Below are positions 10,850 to 23,342 of a stretch of 64,000 nucleotides of DNA, piece by piece (within the stretch, counting starts at the first letter, position 1; each line of letters starts with the position of its first letter). The notes below the pieces were generated by a model, which saw nothing but the letters and a program-made list of their open reading frames with translations, was not told where the DNA came from and searched no databases. Made by a program: the position numbers and the translations under genes. Origin of the DNA: Veleropilina oligotropha. Taxonomy: Eukaryota. The DNA is taken from contig JBEUKZ010000103.1 of assembly GCA_048128005.1 (NCBI GenBank), forward strand, positions 1 to 64,000. The letters are read 5' to 3'.

Positions 10850-11634
10850 CAGTGGCGTAGCTGCCTTTACGCCACAACGCCCGGGCTTGCACATTATTTT
10901 CAGAGTTTATTTTTTGTTTTGTTTTTTTGTAAAAGATTTTCGGGCGTAAAGCATTTTTGTTACTTTTTAATGCTACTTTGTTCGTGCTTCTGCAGCATTA
11001 TTGCTATTCTTGCATAATAAAGACAAAAACCGCTCCGAAATAGGCGTTATTTAGATGCTAATTTAATACTCGCTCGGTCAATTACAGTTTGTTTCATGGG
11101 GGTATATACTATATAAAATTGTATGAAAAACTGAACTTTTCTTATGTGTTTGTTAGTGTATACATTTCCCTTAAAAGGTGCCAGAGTGCACCATTTGATG
11201 TCTAGGTTTCAAAAAATTCTGGGGTGGGGGATGCCCCCAGACCCCCCTACCGGGTTCGCACCTCCGGTGCTCAATTCTTCAAATGGGCTTGCAGAAGCGT
11301 CGGAGCTGGGGCGGCGGCCGCCCCCCCCCCCCAATATTTCTGCCCGAAACGAAAATATATTTTTTTAATTTTCTGCTCTCCAAACTAGAAATTTTGAGGC
11401 CAAAAAAATGTCAATTTTTGTCCTAGAATGCAGGAGAACGCTTCTCAGAGCGTCTAAATTAAAAAAATCTTGGGGGAGCATGCCCCCAAACACCCCTAGA
11501 TATTCGCGGCCTACGGCCGCTAACGTACGTGGCTCGACCCTGACGCACCCCCAATATAAAATCCGGCCTCCCCAATGGCAAAATCACTCCGACGCCTCTG
11601 GCTTGCACATCATTTTCAGCTGGCTACGCCACTG
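10850..11634. mobile_element. hAT-like MITE with 5-bp TSD
   Basis: TIR CAGTGGCGTAGC/GCTACGCCACTG; TSD TTTGT. Confidence 0.75.
11292..11600. mobile_element. Nested hAT-like MITE with 5-bp TSD
   Basis: TIR CAGAAGCGTCGGAG/CTCCGACGCCTCTG; TSD GCTTG. Confidence 0.75.
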
Positions 11635-12787
11635 TTTGTATGGGTAGACGATGCTATCATTACTGGTTTAATAATCGAAATATGTAAATTCAGGCTACAA
11701 TAGAGAAGGCCTGGGTTTGATACGTTTAGACACCAGTGTCAGTTTTGGGCGAACTTAAAACCGCAATCTGTTTTTGTGTCGGCCATTTTGAATTTTATTC
11801 GTAAACGAAAATTTAGGCTCATGGATTGGTGATAAGAAATATTTATGCGCTCCAGTGGATTATAAGACCCTTAAACATAGGGGTTTAGACATCAGAATCA
11901 AGTCCCTATATCCATTTTTGGTGAACTTGTAACCGAAATTGAATTTCGCTCGTAAAAAATGCTCAATGATGACAAACTGTCTGTAGGCGTATGGTCTGTT
12001 CTACCAAAATCACAAATAAAACGTTGTATGCACTCTTAAACACACTCATGGGCTGATATCTGCAATTCATTATGTTTTTAATTGTTTACAGGTTGTTATT
12101 TACATTATATTGATAATACTGCGCGATATATTCATAATTCCCCTCGCTTACGTTCCGGTAATTATGTCAGATATCTTCGCAGGGGCCAAGGTATTATCTA
12201 TTACATAAAGCTGCGTAGGCTATTATATTTTAAAAACATCTTTTGGAAGAACACCCTCGATGCCCACAAAACCACTGTACGTAGGCTTACACATAGGTCA
12301 ACGTACTCTTCAAAGCTACCTTTATATAAAACTAGTTATGCGCAATGCTCTGTTACAACTTTACCCTTTAAAAAAACCCAAAGCAACAAATTTGCTTCCC
12401 ACGACGTTGAAAAGTTTAATATACTCGCGTAAATAATTACCTCACTGGAGCTCTTACAAACGATTGCAATTCTCTTGACGTTGTAAAACAATGCGCTTTA
12501 TATTAATCACTTGCAAGCGATTGTTAGTTTACACTTCAGGTCCAAGGGGAAGTAAGTATGACCGTTGATTGACAATTGGTTTAATAATGGTCAGAGATCA
12601 TATCGAACAAATGAGGTAACTGCAACAGTCTGGTTGAATAAAACAATGACATGGTTTTGTTTACCACATTAGTTCAACTTGCGTATGAAAAGTCGGAATA
12701 CTTGCGGTCACATCCTTGCCCGAACTCCCCTGACAGACGATTGCAACCTACTTTAAAGACATGGCAAGCAAGTAGGTAAACGGCCGA

Positions 12788-12880
12788 ATGAAAAGCATCT
12801 TCGCACGATGGGGTATCCCCGAAGAATTCTTCAGGGATAACGGAACACAATTCACGGCCTCAGAATTCCAAGATTTTCAA
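12788..12880 (+). pseudogene. Gypsy-type integrase fragment
   Basis: KSIFARWGIPEEFFRDNGTQFTASEFQDF. Confidence 0.7.
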
Positions 12881-13385
12881 GAACGAGAATGCCTTGTCGA
12901 AGATCTTGCCCAGACGTTAGGGGCGTGGCTTTACAGTGCAGTTACATCGATATTGCATTTACCCAGCATCCTATGTTTTTCGTATCCCATGTTTACCTAT
13001 CACTTTCATCCAGGTGTCCGACTCGCATCCAACGCGAGCGTTGAAGTCTCCGAGGATAACAAGCTGCCGTAATCGCGCTGTCCAGATGACTACAGAAACG
13101 ATGGTCATGGAACATATACATTAGACGAAATCGTGGAATAACTTTCTTGTAGTTTACGGACTCACCGTCTCCTCTCCCAGACCTATATTTAAAGAAATCA
13201 AGAATGGGCCTACTATACACTTCCTGCAAAGATAATTACTTCATAGGTTAATTAGGTCGTCTTGTCCTAATTTTATAGGTTTCAAACTTTCAACATGGCA
13301 TGCTTGGTTTCATTTCAGAAGAATCACGGTATTATCATTCGACTATGCAGGCACGTAGGAAGATAGTCTCACCTGGGGAGCCACG

Positions 13386-13388
<3 letters not shown>

Positions 13389-13455
<67 letters not shown>
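13389..13455. repeat. (CA)n microsatellite
   Basis: Direct. Confidence 0.98.
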
Positions 13456-13458
<3 letters not shown>

Positions 13459-13729
13459 TATATATGGACATCAGAACATCATGGATATACACGAATCACT
13501 CTTCTTTTTCTTCTATAACTACAGCTACCGGATACAGGTACAGGCTTGAGTTCATAGGTTCCTATTTGTCAGGATACGGACCGGCTAACTCCCTTGTTGT
13601 TGTAACGGGTATGCTGGGTGCTGCCCCCTGTTACCAGCATGCAGAAATAACAGGCTACCCCCTATTTCTATGGCTAATATATTCCCAACTGGACAACAGC
13701 TCCCTGTTGTCCCGGACTGGATCTTCTAG

Positions 13730-14090
13730 GTGCTGTTTCTAATGGTCACCATACGGACAGAATACGGCTTCTTCGTCCAAGACTAGATAGGTGCTGTTCC
13801 TCTTCACTTGATCACCAGTGGACAGGATACGGATCCTTCGTCCTATACTGGATAGACCTGGCTGTTCCTCTTCACTTGGTCACCATACGGACAGGATACG
13901 GATCCTTCGTCCTATACTGAATATACCTGTTCTGTTCCTCTTCACTTGGTCACCATACGGATCCTTCGTCCTATACTGGATATACCTGTTCTGTTCCTCT
14001 TCACTTGGTCACCATACGGATCCTTCGTCCTATACTGGAAATACCTGTTCTGTTCCTCTTCACTAGGTCACCATACGGATACGATACGGA
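13730..14090 (+). repeat. ~60-70-bp minisatellite
   Basis: Repeats of ctgttcctcttcacttggtcaccatacggatccttcgtcctatactgga. Confidence 0.9.
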
Positions 14091-14681
14091 TTCTTACTCT
14101 GTGTGTTAATATCACGATGTGACTGAATAATCCGGGGGCCAACCTCCAGAAAGGGCCCTAAAAATGGTTGGAGGTGCACCCCTCTGCTATAAATGGTTTG
14201 TGGTATTTTTTGGACTCTATGACCATCCAGTGTCCAGATTAGGGTGGCCTGCTTGCGATCTGCTCTTGCAAAAATAGTTTTTTGGGCTGTTTTGGAGGTA
14301 TACCCCGTATCGGCTTCGAAAATCACCCGCGGCGTTCACCACAAGGGGTTTGGTTCTTCAAACTTCAATTGCTCAGCTTATATTTGGAGCACATGCATCA
14401 GTAATACCTTAAAATGTCCATTAATAACCATACTTTCTGATGAAGCTAGTGGCGACTCTTTGTCTGATGAGGAAAATTTTATTTTATATATATTATACTA
14501 GTCTAAATCTCTAACCGGCTTTGAAATGTTGACGCGAATGAAAATAAGATGGTGTTGTTCTTCAACTATTATTTGTGTAACCTTCATTCTGTTTATTGGC
14601 AACCACTATATAGTAGAATGTCCACTTATGACCTTTAATCCATTTCCAGGTGTTTTGCTCTTGATAAATGCTCAGGAATTG

Positions 14682-15028
14682 TACTGTAAAGCCTAAAAGT
14701 TTTGCAGCCGCGCTTTTGTGATCCTGGCAGTTTCGCGGCCTTTAAGTTTCGCGGATTCTTTCCCCCAAAGGCTAGCTGTATTATCTGTGCAGATTATATT
14801 TATGATAGCTTTTTAAAATGTTTCATTAATATGTAGAGAATAAAAATAGTCCCTTCTTACTACTAACAACCTGTAGTATATAATTGACCTACGTGGAACA
14901 TGTCCATCCACTTTACATGTATGAACTAAAAAAAAATAAAAAAATAAAAGTTTTGCGGCCATTAAGTTTCGCGATTTCACCCCCGTCGCGAAACTAAATG
15001 GCCGCGAAACATTTAGGGCTTTAGAATA
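14682..15028. mobile_element. Degenerate MITE
   Basis: tactgtaaagcctaaa at left, tttagggctttaga at right; internal tttcgcgg/ccgcgaaa repeats. Confidence 0.45.
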
Positions 15029-15797
15029 TTTAACAATGTACCATCAAATATACCGCTGCGGCAGTTTTGGACGTTTGCCACCCGAATCCGCGCAACTTCC
15101 AACATCAGAAGGCTTCTTCAAAGTAGGCATGTGCAGCGAACATTCTGACATATGCAACAGTTATATATCACAATTCTTAACCCTCTGCTCTTGTGAAATA
15201 TGATGTACAACGTATCATGCCACTTGCATAGTGATATATTGAAGTACGAATCAGAAAGCAATTTTTCCAATGAACAGTGAACAGTCGGTGTAATTTAGCG
15301 ACCGATGTCCCCTTTATGCTACAGTATTCCCCCTAGCGAGTAAATTCAAACTAAAAGCAGTTATGTTGGTGCGCGGCAGACGCGATAGCGTCAAAACAAA
15401 TTCCCATAGTATGTCTCAAAACATAGGTAAATGGTCCCGGTTTTTATGTAATAAGTTGTAATATCAAGTGTATAGCTGAATAAGTCTGTTTAAACGTAAA
15501 GTTCAGTTAATAAATTGTTATTCTCAAAAGACGGCACGGCCGAAATATTTCGTTGTACGGAGGCCCATTGGTGCCACTCTTCGCGCTTGGTTTTATTAAT
15601 AGGCCCTTTTAAATGTGTGCATGTCCCTCTATTAGGCTGTATATCACGTATACAACATTTTAAATGTAAATAAATAAAGTATGATGCTGATATTGTCTAC
15701 CAGCGGGTTATATCATCAACAGTGTAAAGCTTTCGTTTAAAAAAAGAGTAGAAGTAACGTTTTTTTAATTTGATTTTCTTCAGGTTATTGATGAGCC

Positions 15798-18700
15798 ATG
15801 GACGCAGCATTTGCAATCGCGCTGAAAAAGCCCAGACTGTACACTGACTACACAAGATGTCTCATCTGTCAATGTGGAGAAGACAAAGGAAATCTTCAAA
15901 AACTCTCAGAGAAAGGATTTGACAGTTTGTGTTATGCAGTAGATAAGAGACAAGATGAAATCGCAGATAGACTGCATTATGATGTGGGCGACAAAGACAC
16001 GTTTTTTAGCAAAAGCCCACTTTACCACGGACCGTGTAGAAATCAGTACACAAATAAAAAAACTGTTTTACAGAAACTGCGACAATGTCAGTATTCTGAA
16101 AATGACGAACAGAAGGAATCTACCGATGAAATCACACCCAAAAGAAAACGCCAATCCCTTGATTACAGGACCGTATGTTTCATTTATGAGAAGGCCAGAA
16201 ACACCAAAGGCCACTGGAAGTTGACCAAAGTTGCCACTGGTGTTCGTCAAAACAATTTCCACAAGCAGGCCCAACTGCGCAATGATCAAGAGATGCTCAC
16301 CAAAATTCATGGCCATGGAAATACATGTGTGGACTTCATTGCAGCAGATTTCAGATACCATGGCACGTGCATGAACAAGTATATGAACGATAGCATTACT
16401 TCAACTGCAACATGTACAATACAGGACACAACCGATAAAACTGAAATATATCGATCAGCATTCCAGCAACTTGTTTCTGAAATGGAGGGACAATTATTTC
16501 AGGACTGAGCTGTGTTTTATATCAGTAAGATGTGTGTGCGGTATCGACAAATGTTGGTCGAGAATGGAATAAAATCAGGAACAAAATACCGAACCAGCAA
16601 ACTGTCGAATCGTTTTGTGGCATATTATGGAGCAAGGATCCAGATAGTCCATGGAAAGGGAATGTCCAACTTATTGTGTTCATCGGACATTACAGTGGGT
16701 GAACTGTTTGCTAAAATCAATAGCCTCCAGAAAACATTGGAAGAGACGGAATTACTGTCAGACAGTACTGGTAGTAGCGGTGACGACGAACAGCCAAGTA
16801 CTTCAGCTGAGGCAGAGTGTATGTCATACCATTCTGCCAAGCGTATTCGGCATGATCTAAAGCGGAAATTAAATCTAAACAGGCAAATGCTTCACACTCT
16901 CAAAGAAGAAGAACCGACAACTGATGGCACCGGCATCGAACTAAGTACAGAAACAAGAACGAATGATGACTTTGTTATGGATGAAGTGGGACAAGTTGAA
17001 GCGTCCCCATCTGGAAATCCATCAGATGCTACATGTAATGACCCAGATCAAATCGCCACAGAGTCGTCAAATCTTGAATTTTCATATGATGCAGCTTCAA
17101 AGTGTATTCCTGACAGTTTGTACAACCATGTTGCTTGGCTGGTTACAGATTGCAATCCAGAACTATGTCAATCTGGTCGGGTTCAAGTAGATCAAGCTGC
17201 ACATGAGAAAATTCTCAACCTGTCTCAAGACATAGTTTCACAAGTTTGCAAAATACCGACACCAAAACAAGTTGGCATATCTTTGCATATTCTCAAGGAA
17301 ACCAGAAGCAAACGAACTGTGACAATGTTAAACAGGTTTGGAAATGCCATCAGCTACGACGATGCACAGAGATATATGACATCAATAGCGAAATCTGTTG
17401 AAGAGCAGACAGAGAGGATTGGCTTCTTTGTTCCGGTAAATTTGAAAGCAGGCCAATTTACACACTGCTATTGTTACACAGCGGGGGAGATGATGTTGCC
17501 CAGATCGGACTCCAAGAACTGGCGGAACGCCCGGCACCGCGTAACAGTGTTAATGAGATAACTATATTGTTCCGTAGTCTGCATATATGTTCGGAGAACA
17601 ACGATAGGAGGTTACTGGTTTCCATCATTCGTGTCATCTAGTGTTCTATAGAGTAGCTACAGTTCGCTGGCTTTAAAGCCATTTCCAGCTAACTGTATAC
17701 TCGTAACGTAAGTTTCTGTCTCTACTAAGTAGCCGGCTCGGGTCATTCCGACATCTAGGACCGTTGTGCTATCCATGACGGAATGCGGTGGTATATGATA
17801 ATATCCCCGTGACAAGACACTATCCGCTGGAGTCGCTACGTTTACATCTCGCTACAGTACCACAAGGCATTTGTGGATTCTGGACAATTCATTTATATAT
17901 GTCCTCAACATGGTACAAAACACATCGCATACATCCATGTCGTTAAAGTCTATAGTAGCGTAGATATAAGTTCTAACTAAACATAGTTACATATTTACAA
18001 ATGAGCCCCGCACACTTCTACGTGCACCCTAGGATCTTGTCTAGGTAAGGACTGCCGCTGTCGGCCGCGCACAGGCACCAAACTCAATTCCCCGGCCCTC
18101 GTCTCAACCAATCGGATCTCGTGCTTTGGTTTTCTCGTCCACTATTTCATCAGCAATACACGCATTTTGACATGGAGTGACGAATCGACCATATGTCTCA
18201 TAACCACAGAATACGGGCGTCATTCCTTGTGAACTCGGAACTAAACATCATTAATCTCTTTCAGTTATATCAATATGTCAGAATTACGTGACGTCAACTG
18301 CTACTATCAGGCGACTAGTTGTCATTAACAATATACACGCAATTATCTTAGATCACAGGTCAAGATTAATCATTGTTGGCAGGAGTGCTCGGTGCGATGT
18401 CATTAGTGCTTTGACTCATAGTAAAAACATATATGCAATAGTACAATAGTAATTAACTATAATAAAGATCTACTCATTAAGTGCATTTAGGCATCATATT
18501 GTAACACTATTGACAATCTAGATTTCCACGAGCATACAAAGGATGGCACCACACTTCACGCAACAACAATAATCTTCTATCAATACATGAATGAAGATGA
18601 CGAGTCTGGTTCAGCAAAGGCAACGATCCCTGTCAAGAAGGTCAGAGAAAAATCTGTACATGCGCCAGATGAATTCCATGCACCAGAATGCTATCTAAGT

Positions 18701-20942
18701 CTACACGATAGCAAAAAGTCACGACAATTAACCGGCATTACGATGATGCCTTCCGAAGAAGAACAACAAGGTGTCAGTACTGACATGGTGTGGCATTTGC
18801 TGCGTACACAAGGCACGGAGCTACTCAATACTGATGTCACTGATTATACACCACCAACTTGGGGTGCATTCAATGTGTACATACAACCAAAAAATATCAA
18901 AGAAACAGTATTAAGCTATGGGCCTGTCATACCAAAGTCGCCAACAGACCCAGCTATCGTCCAAGAAGCACTATTCTATTGCATGAAGGTCACAGCTAAA
19001 ATCAACCAAGAGTTCACAATCATCACCTGCGATCAAGCAATATATGATATTGCAATAGCTCTCCGAAACAAGATGCCGAAGCAGTTTGAGAAACTTATCC
19101 TTCGTATGGGAGGATTCCACATTGCCGAGAACTTCATGGGGTCGATCAGTCACCTCATGAAAGGATCTGGAATAGAGGATGTCTTAGTTGAAGCCAACGC
19201 TTTTCTTCGAGGCACTGTAGATAAAATATTCGCAGGAAAGGACTACTATCTCATGCTTAGAGCATTCACTTTGTCTGCCGATGTGATGTTTCAACTTCGT
19301 TGGGAGGCATTCGAGAAATGGCTACTGGCAGAGGAAAAAAACAGGGAGTGTATTGCTAGATTGTCAGTTACATTGGATAAGCTGAAAGCGGAGCTAGCTG
19401 CAAAAACATCAGGCAAGGTGTTCGACATGCTTGATGAGGCACATGTAATCATACAAGATGTGAAGATCCTCTTGTCTGAGTTTGATCAAGGAATGACAGC
19501 GCCGACTGCTCGTCTTTGGCTGATGTTCTTGGACATGGTAGCAATTTTAATGTTGTACATCTCCGCTGAACGATCCGGCACCTGGAAAAGACACCTTGTC
19601 GAAGTTCAAAAATATGCTTCCATACATCACCGCTGCAGGGCATTACAAGTATGCCACCCAGTTACCCATGTACCTAAATGAGATGAGGGCTTTGTCAGAT
19701 ACTGCTCCTGCTGTACATTCAGAGTTCATGAAAGGAAATTTCACAGTATATCGTAAAGAAGGCAAGTTCAATGGGGTGTGGAGTGATATGGCACTCGAAC
19801 AATCATATAACAGAGAAGGAAAAACAGCGCTTTTCAAGGGACTCACTCAAAATCCGGCTGCCATGAAAAAGTACCTTGAAATTGCACCGATCATGACAGT
19901 GATATCACAAGATGTCAAAGGTATGGTGCACATGGGAAAACAGCATGGACACCACGAAAGTTCGAAATTCGCATTGCTTGAAACAGAAACTGTGAACAAA
20001 ATGAAGCATGTTATTACCAACATGATCAACCCTTGGCAGTGTGATGACAGTTCTTCATTGCTCAAGATATCGACAGGTCAAAAAGCAGCATCTAAAGAGT
20101 TGATCAAAGCCAAGGAGCTGGGAGTAGAAGCGCTACAGGCCGTAGATCATACAGGTGCTGACACACTCAAGAAAGTGAAAGTACCGACATTCGAGTCAAG
20201 CACTACCAAAAGCATTTCCATGGCCAAGAAAACGAAAGACATCTATGAGAACGAGAGTGCTGTGATACGGAGTTTGTATTTCACACAAAACGTGAGTGAA
20301 AAACAAAAAATTAAAATGTTTGCACATGAATGGACGTCGTACCCAGCTGCACTGTTTCAACCAAGCGCACATGACAGTAAAGTGTACGAGATGCAAAAGG
20401 GACAAAAGCAAGACTTTCTGATTCCCTTGAAAACAGTACTTGCAGATTCATGGGAAGAGGAACAGCTGCCAACATCACCTTTGAGGACTGCGTATGTAGT
20501 TGACGCAATGGCCTTTGTGCAAAGACACAACAGTCTTGGTGCTACAATGTTTGTAGACCTACAACAAAAATACGTGGACAAACTGTTGAAGGACAAACCA
20601 GCCGACTGTGAGTGTGTGCATTTCGTAGGAGACAGATATGACTTTAGCCCGATGGAAAGCTTGAAAGCTGAGGAACGTGACAAACGCCAAAGGTCCACCA
20701 AGGATGCCATGTGCAGAGAATATGTGCCAAGTGACTCGCTAGACATTCCCGAGTGGACAAAATTTTGTGCAAACCCAAACAACAAGGCTAATCTACTACA
20801 CTATATTGAACATTCATGGATGCAGCGCCACCAACAACTGCCAGCTGGTTTCCAATTCGTCCTTGGAGGCTTACACACCGATCGAGGATGCACTCAATGT
20901 CTTACAAACACCGGCACAACCCAGTTGACTGTTCTAAACTGC
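15798..20942 (+). pseudogene. Academ-superfamily transposase with XPG-like C-terminal part, disrupted
   Basis: CLICQ, YH..C, SYD, DNLD..H.T, TCDQAIY, RMGGFH, GSG, AAGH.KYA, DMALEQS.N, VDAMA..DRY motifs; in-frame stop at 16506, solo LTR, frameshift near 19600, cut by the virus after LNC. Confidence 0.85.
17472..18506. mobile_element. Solo LTR (Gypsy-like)
   Basis: TGTTACA...TGTAACA ends, 4-bp TSD CTAT; Academ coding sequence resumes (IDNLDFHE) right after. Confidence 0.85.
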
Positions 20943-21851
20943 AGGGGGGGACTAGGGCATTTTGAACTCGGTTATTTGGGCCAGGAAGGCTCCCAGCCCC
21001 ATCCGCGGGAGACACTGGAAAATGTGTTTCAGGCGGGCGGTGTAGCTTAGAATAGTCTATTTGGGGCGCGGAGGCTCCCGCCACCGTCTGAGACTGGAGT
21101 TGACAAATTCACAATAGCTGTTATCTCCCGTCGATGAGGCCCCCAGGGTATTTTAGAATACTCCAGGGAGGGGGCCCCGGCGGCCGGGACGGCTCCCAGC
21201 GCCGTCCGAAACTAGGGTAGCTTAGAATAGTCTATTTGGGCCCCAGCGGCCACCCCCACGACCGTTTGAACGGAGCTGGTAGTACGAGCCCTTAGGGACT
21301 TGGGCCCGTTACCCTCGCTGGCCCGTTCGGCCGTCTGCTGTTGTCTGTCCCGCATCTATTATTAGCCATAGCTTCCTGGTCGCGTCGCGTATATCGCACT
21401 CAATAGGCTGGCTGACGAAGCACGATAACTGTCCACTCATCCCGGCTGACTCAACATTATTAGGCCTAGGCTTATATGACACACTTCCGGCCTTTTCTGT
21501 CAGCTTCCGGCCTTTTCTGTCCGCAGGTAAACAAATGTACCGGAAACTCTGGACCAAAACGCTTTTATCTGCTTCCGGCCGAAAGTTTCTTGACAAAACT
21601 CTGCGCTCTGGACAAAAAACTTTTATCTGGGTCAGAGATTTTTTTTCTGGGTCGGCCACAAGCTCTCTTGACAAAATATTTCTTTTCTGGGTCAGCAACG
21701 ACAGTAGACGGCTGAACGGGCTAATAATAGACGCGGGAGAGACAACAGCACACAGATATAGCGTGTGGTGATAAGAGCAGCGGGCTATGAATAGACGCGG
21801 GGGAAGCCGGAAAATGTGTTTGAGGGCGGGGACTACCCGAGATAGCAGCGG

Positions 21852-22265
21852 TTAGATGTAGATGTAGTTCCCGATGGCTAGCGTGCAGCTGCATGACGAC
21901 AGGTGTCCTATTTGACTCCACGCACCCCCGCAGCCGGTAGATAACATTGAGAAATAATGCCCGTGTTTTCCAGTACATCGGGAGGGCTGTTCACACTGGA
22001 CGCAAACAACAGTATTTGGGTCGGGGCCACAGTCATTATCCCCGACAACATAGTAGTGACATGAGGGTGGGGATACATCAGGGGGGTCTCGTAGCAAGTT
22101 TCTCCGCAAGGGGTCTAGTCGGATGTTGTACATGGGGTGGTTTCGGTACCTGGCCCACGTGTGTTCGAGAATTAGTGCGGTGTCGTGTGACGATGCATGG
22201 GAGACACCCGCTAGCCAGGACACCGCGGCAATGCACAGAAGCAGCATGGATTTCATGGATTTCAT
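21852..22265 (-). CDS. Secreted 8-Cys protein, IL-17/cystine-knot-like (tentative)
   Basis: Signal peptide MLLLCIAAVSWLAGVSHA; Cys spacing ending in CSC; intact in both copies. Confidence 0.6.
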   Translation of the reverse strand: MKSMKSMLLLCIAAVSWLAGVSHASSHDTALILEHTWARYRNHPMYNIRLDPLRRNLLRDPPDVSPPSCHYYVVGDNDCGPDPNTVVCVQCEQPSRCTGKHGHYFSMLSTGCGGAWSQIGHLSSCSCTLAIGNYIYI

Positions 22266-22298
22266 GGCTTGTCCAGATATCACTGTCTGAGTTCGAGC

Positions 22299-22325
22299 TT
22301 TAATACGGGGGAGGGGGGAAGTCCC
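22299..22325 (-). promoter_or_regulatory. kB-like site (GGGACTTCCC) plus TATA-like TATTAAA upstream of the secreted protein gene
   Basis: Minus strand reads GGGACTTCCC (22325-22316), then TATTAAA (22305-22299), ATG at 22265; identical in copy 2. Confidence 0.45.
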
Positions 22326-22347
22326 CCCCCACGATTAACCTGGATGG

Positions 22348-22998
22348 TTAGTCGCCAACTCCGATTTTTTTCAGCAGCTCCGCACGTCCCTCTTTACGAC
22401 CACGCTCAATAAGCTCGCTTTGGGTCTGTGAGACCGCGGTGTGCGCCTTTGTACTTTTGAGACGCAGGGTGGCCTTCATTGTCCGATATTTGGCCACCTC
22501 GTCTGTGACCAGTTGAAATTCATCATCAGCCATCTCCCCATCCGCTAAGGCCTTTGAGATGTGGTCGGTGATGGTGTTCAGCTTGCTTTCGGCCAGTACT
22601 CGTATCTCGTCGTGCTTCTTAGCCTTCACTTGGAGGCGGCGGCTGATGTATTTTCCACCCATACTCGCAAGCCCACACCCCAACGCCGCTAATTCCAGCA
22701 CTAGTACCACAGGTGCCGCAACGATTGTGGACAGTAGACCAATGCCGGCGCTACCCATACCAAGGGTGGCAACGACAAGGGCCGAATCTATCCCGTCAAT
22801 GACATTCACGCCTCTTCGGTACTTCTTGTACAGGGCAGCCCTTCCGTCCCTCTCTCGTTCTTGCTGTCCCTGAAGCTCATTCACCTTCTGTAGTCGGAAA
22901 GACTGTGCCTCCGGCAGTTCCGAAAGAACATCGCCAGGCCTACCACCAAGTTGTGGGTACAGCGTTGGCGCTGATGGCGGCGTGGGTTTGTCCATCAT
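22348..22998 (-). CDS. Viral membrane protein with hydrophobic hairpin and coiled coils; PSAP/LYPxL motifs
   Basis: Probable start MMDKPT overlapping the upstream stop; hydrophobic segment ALVVATLGMG...LAALGCGLAS; resembles a recurrent Polinton accessory family. Confidence 0.7.
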   Translation of the reverse strand: MMDKPTPPSAPTLYPQLGGRPGDVLSELPEAQSFRLQKVNELQGQQERERDGRAALYKKYRRGVNVIDGIDSALVVATLGMGSAGIGLLSTIVAAPVVLVLELAALGCGLASMGGKYISRRLQVKAKKHDEIRVLAESKLNTITDHISKALADGEMADDEFQLVTDEVAKYRTMKATLRLKSTKAHTAVSQTQSELIERGRKEGRAELLKKIGVGD

Positions 22999-23342
22999 AC
23001 GTAGCTGTACTGTTCCGCCCGTTGGTTCAAAATGTCGACCTTGACGTTCAAATAGAGGGTGTTCACCCATGGGGCCTTGAGGGCAAAGGCGAGTGTTAGC
23101 TTCTCCGAATCCAGGCCAACTTTATTTATGGAACATGCCTTGGGGCTGCCCCCGGCCGGCTGGACCGGCGTCATGTGGATCATTAGAAGGTCTGGGTTCA
23201 ACCCAAACCGACCTGCAGTGTTTGGGATCATAAACTCCCTCCTCACCAGCCCCTTCTTGCTCGCTTCTCCACAATTAAGAACAAAGTGCCACCGGGTCGC
23301 TGAAGGCTCATCTGCAAGGAGGGTCCCATAGTGGCTGCTCAT
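22995..23342 (-). CDS. Viral hypothetical protein
   Basis: 115-aa ORF joined to both neighbours by ATGA overlaps; intact in both copies. Confidence 0.6.
   Translation of the reverse strand: MSSHYGTLLADEPSATRWHFVLNCGEASKKGLVRREFMIPNTAGRFGLNPDLLMIHMTPVQPAGGSPKACSINKVGLDSEKLTLAFALKAPWVNTLYLNVKVDILNQRAEQYSYV

Noticed and set aside
15334..15400. Academ left TIR (TAGCGAGTAAATTC...)
   Set aside because: Plausible, but no right-end partner or TSD is visible to confirm it.
20943..21050. Natural C-terminus of the Academ transposase
   Set aside because: Read-through into the viral terminus after LNC.
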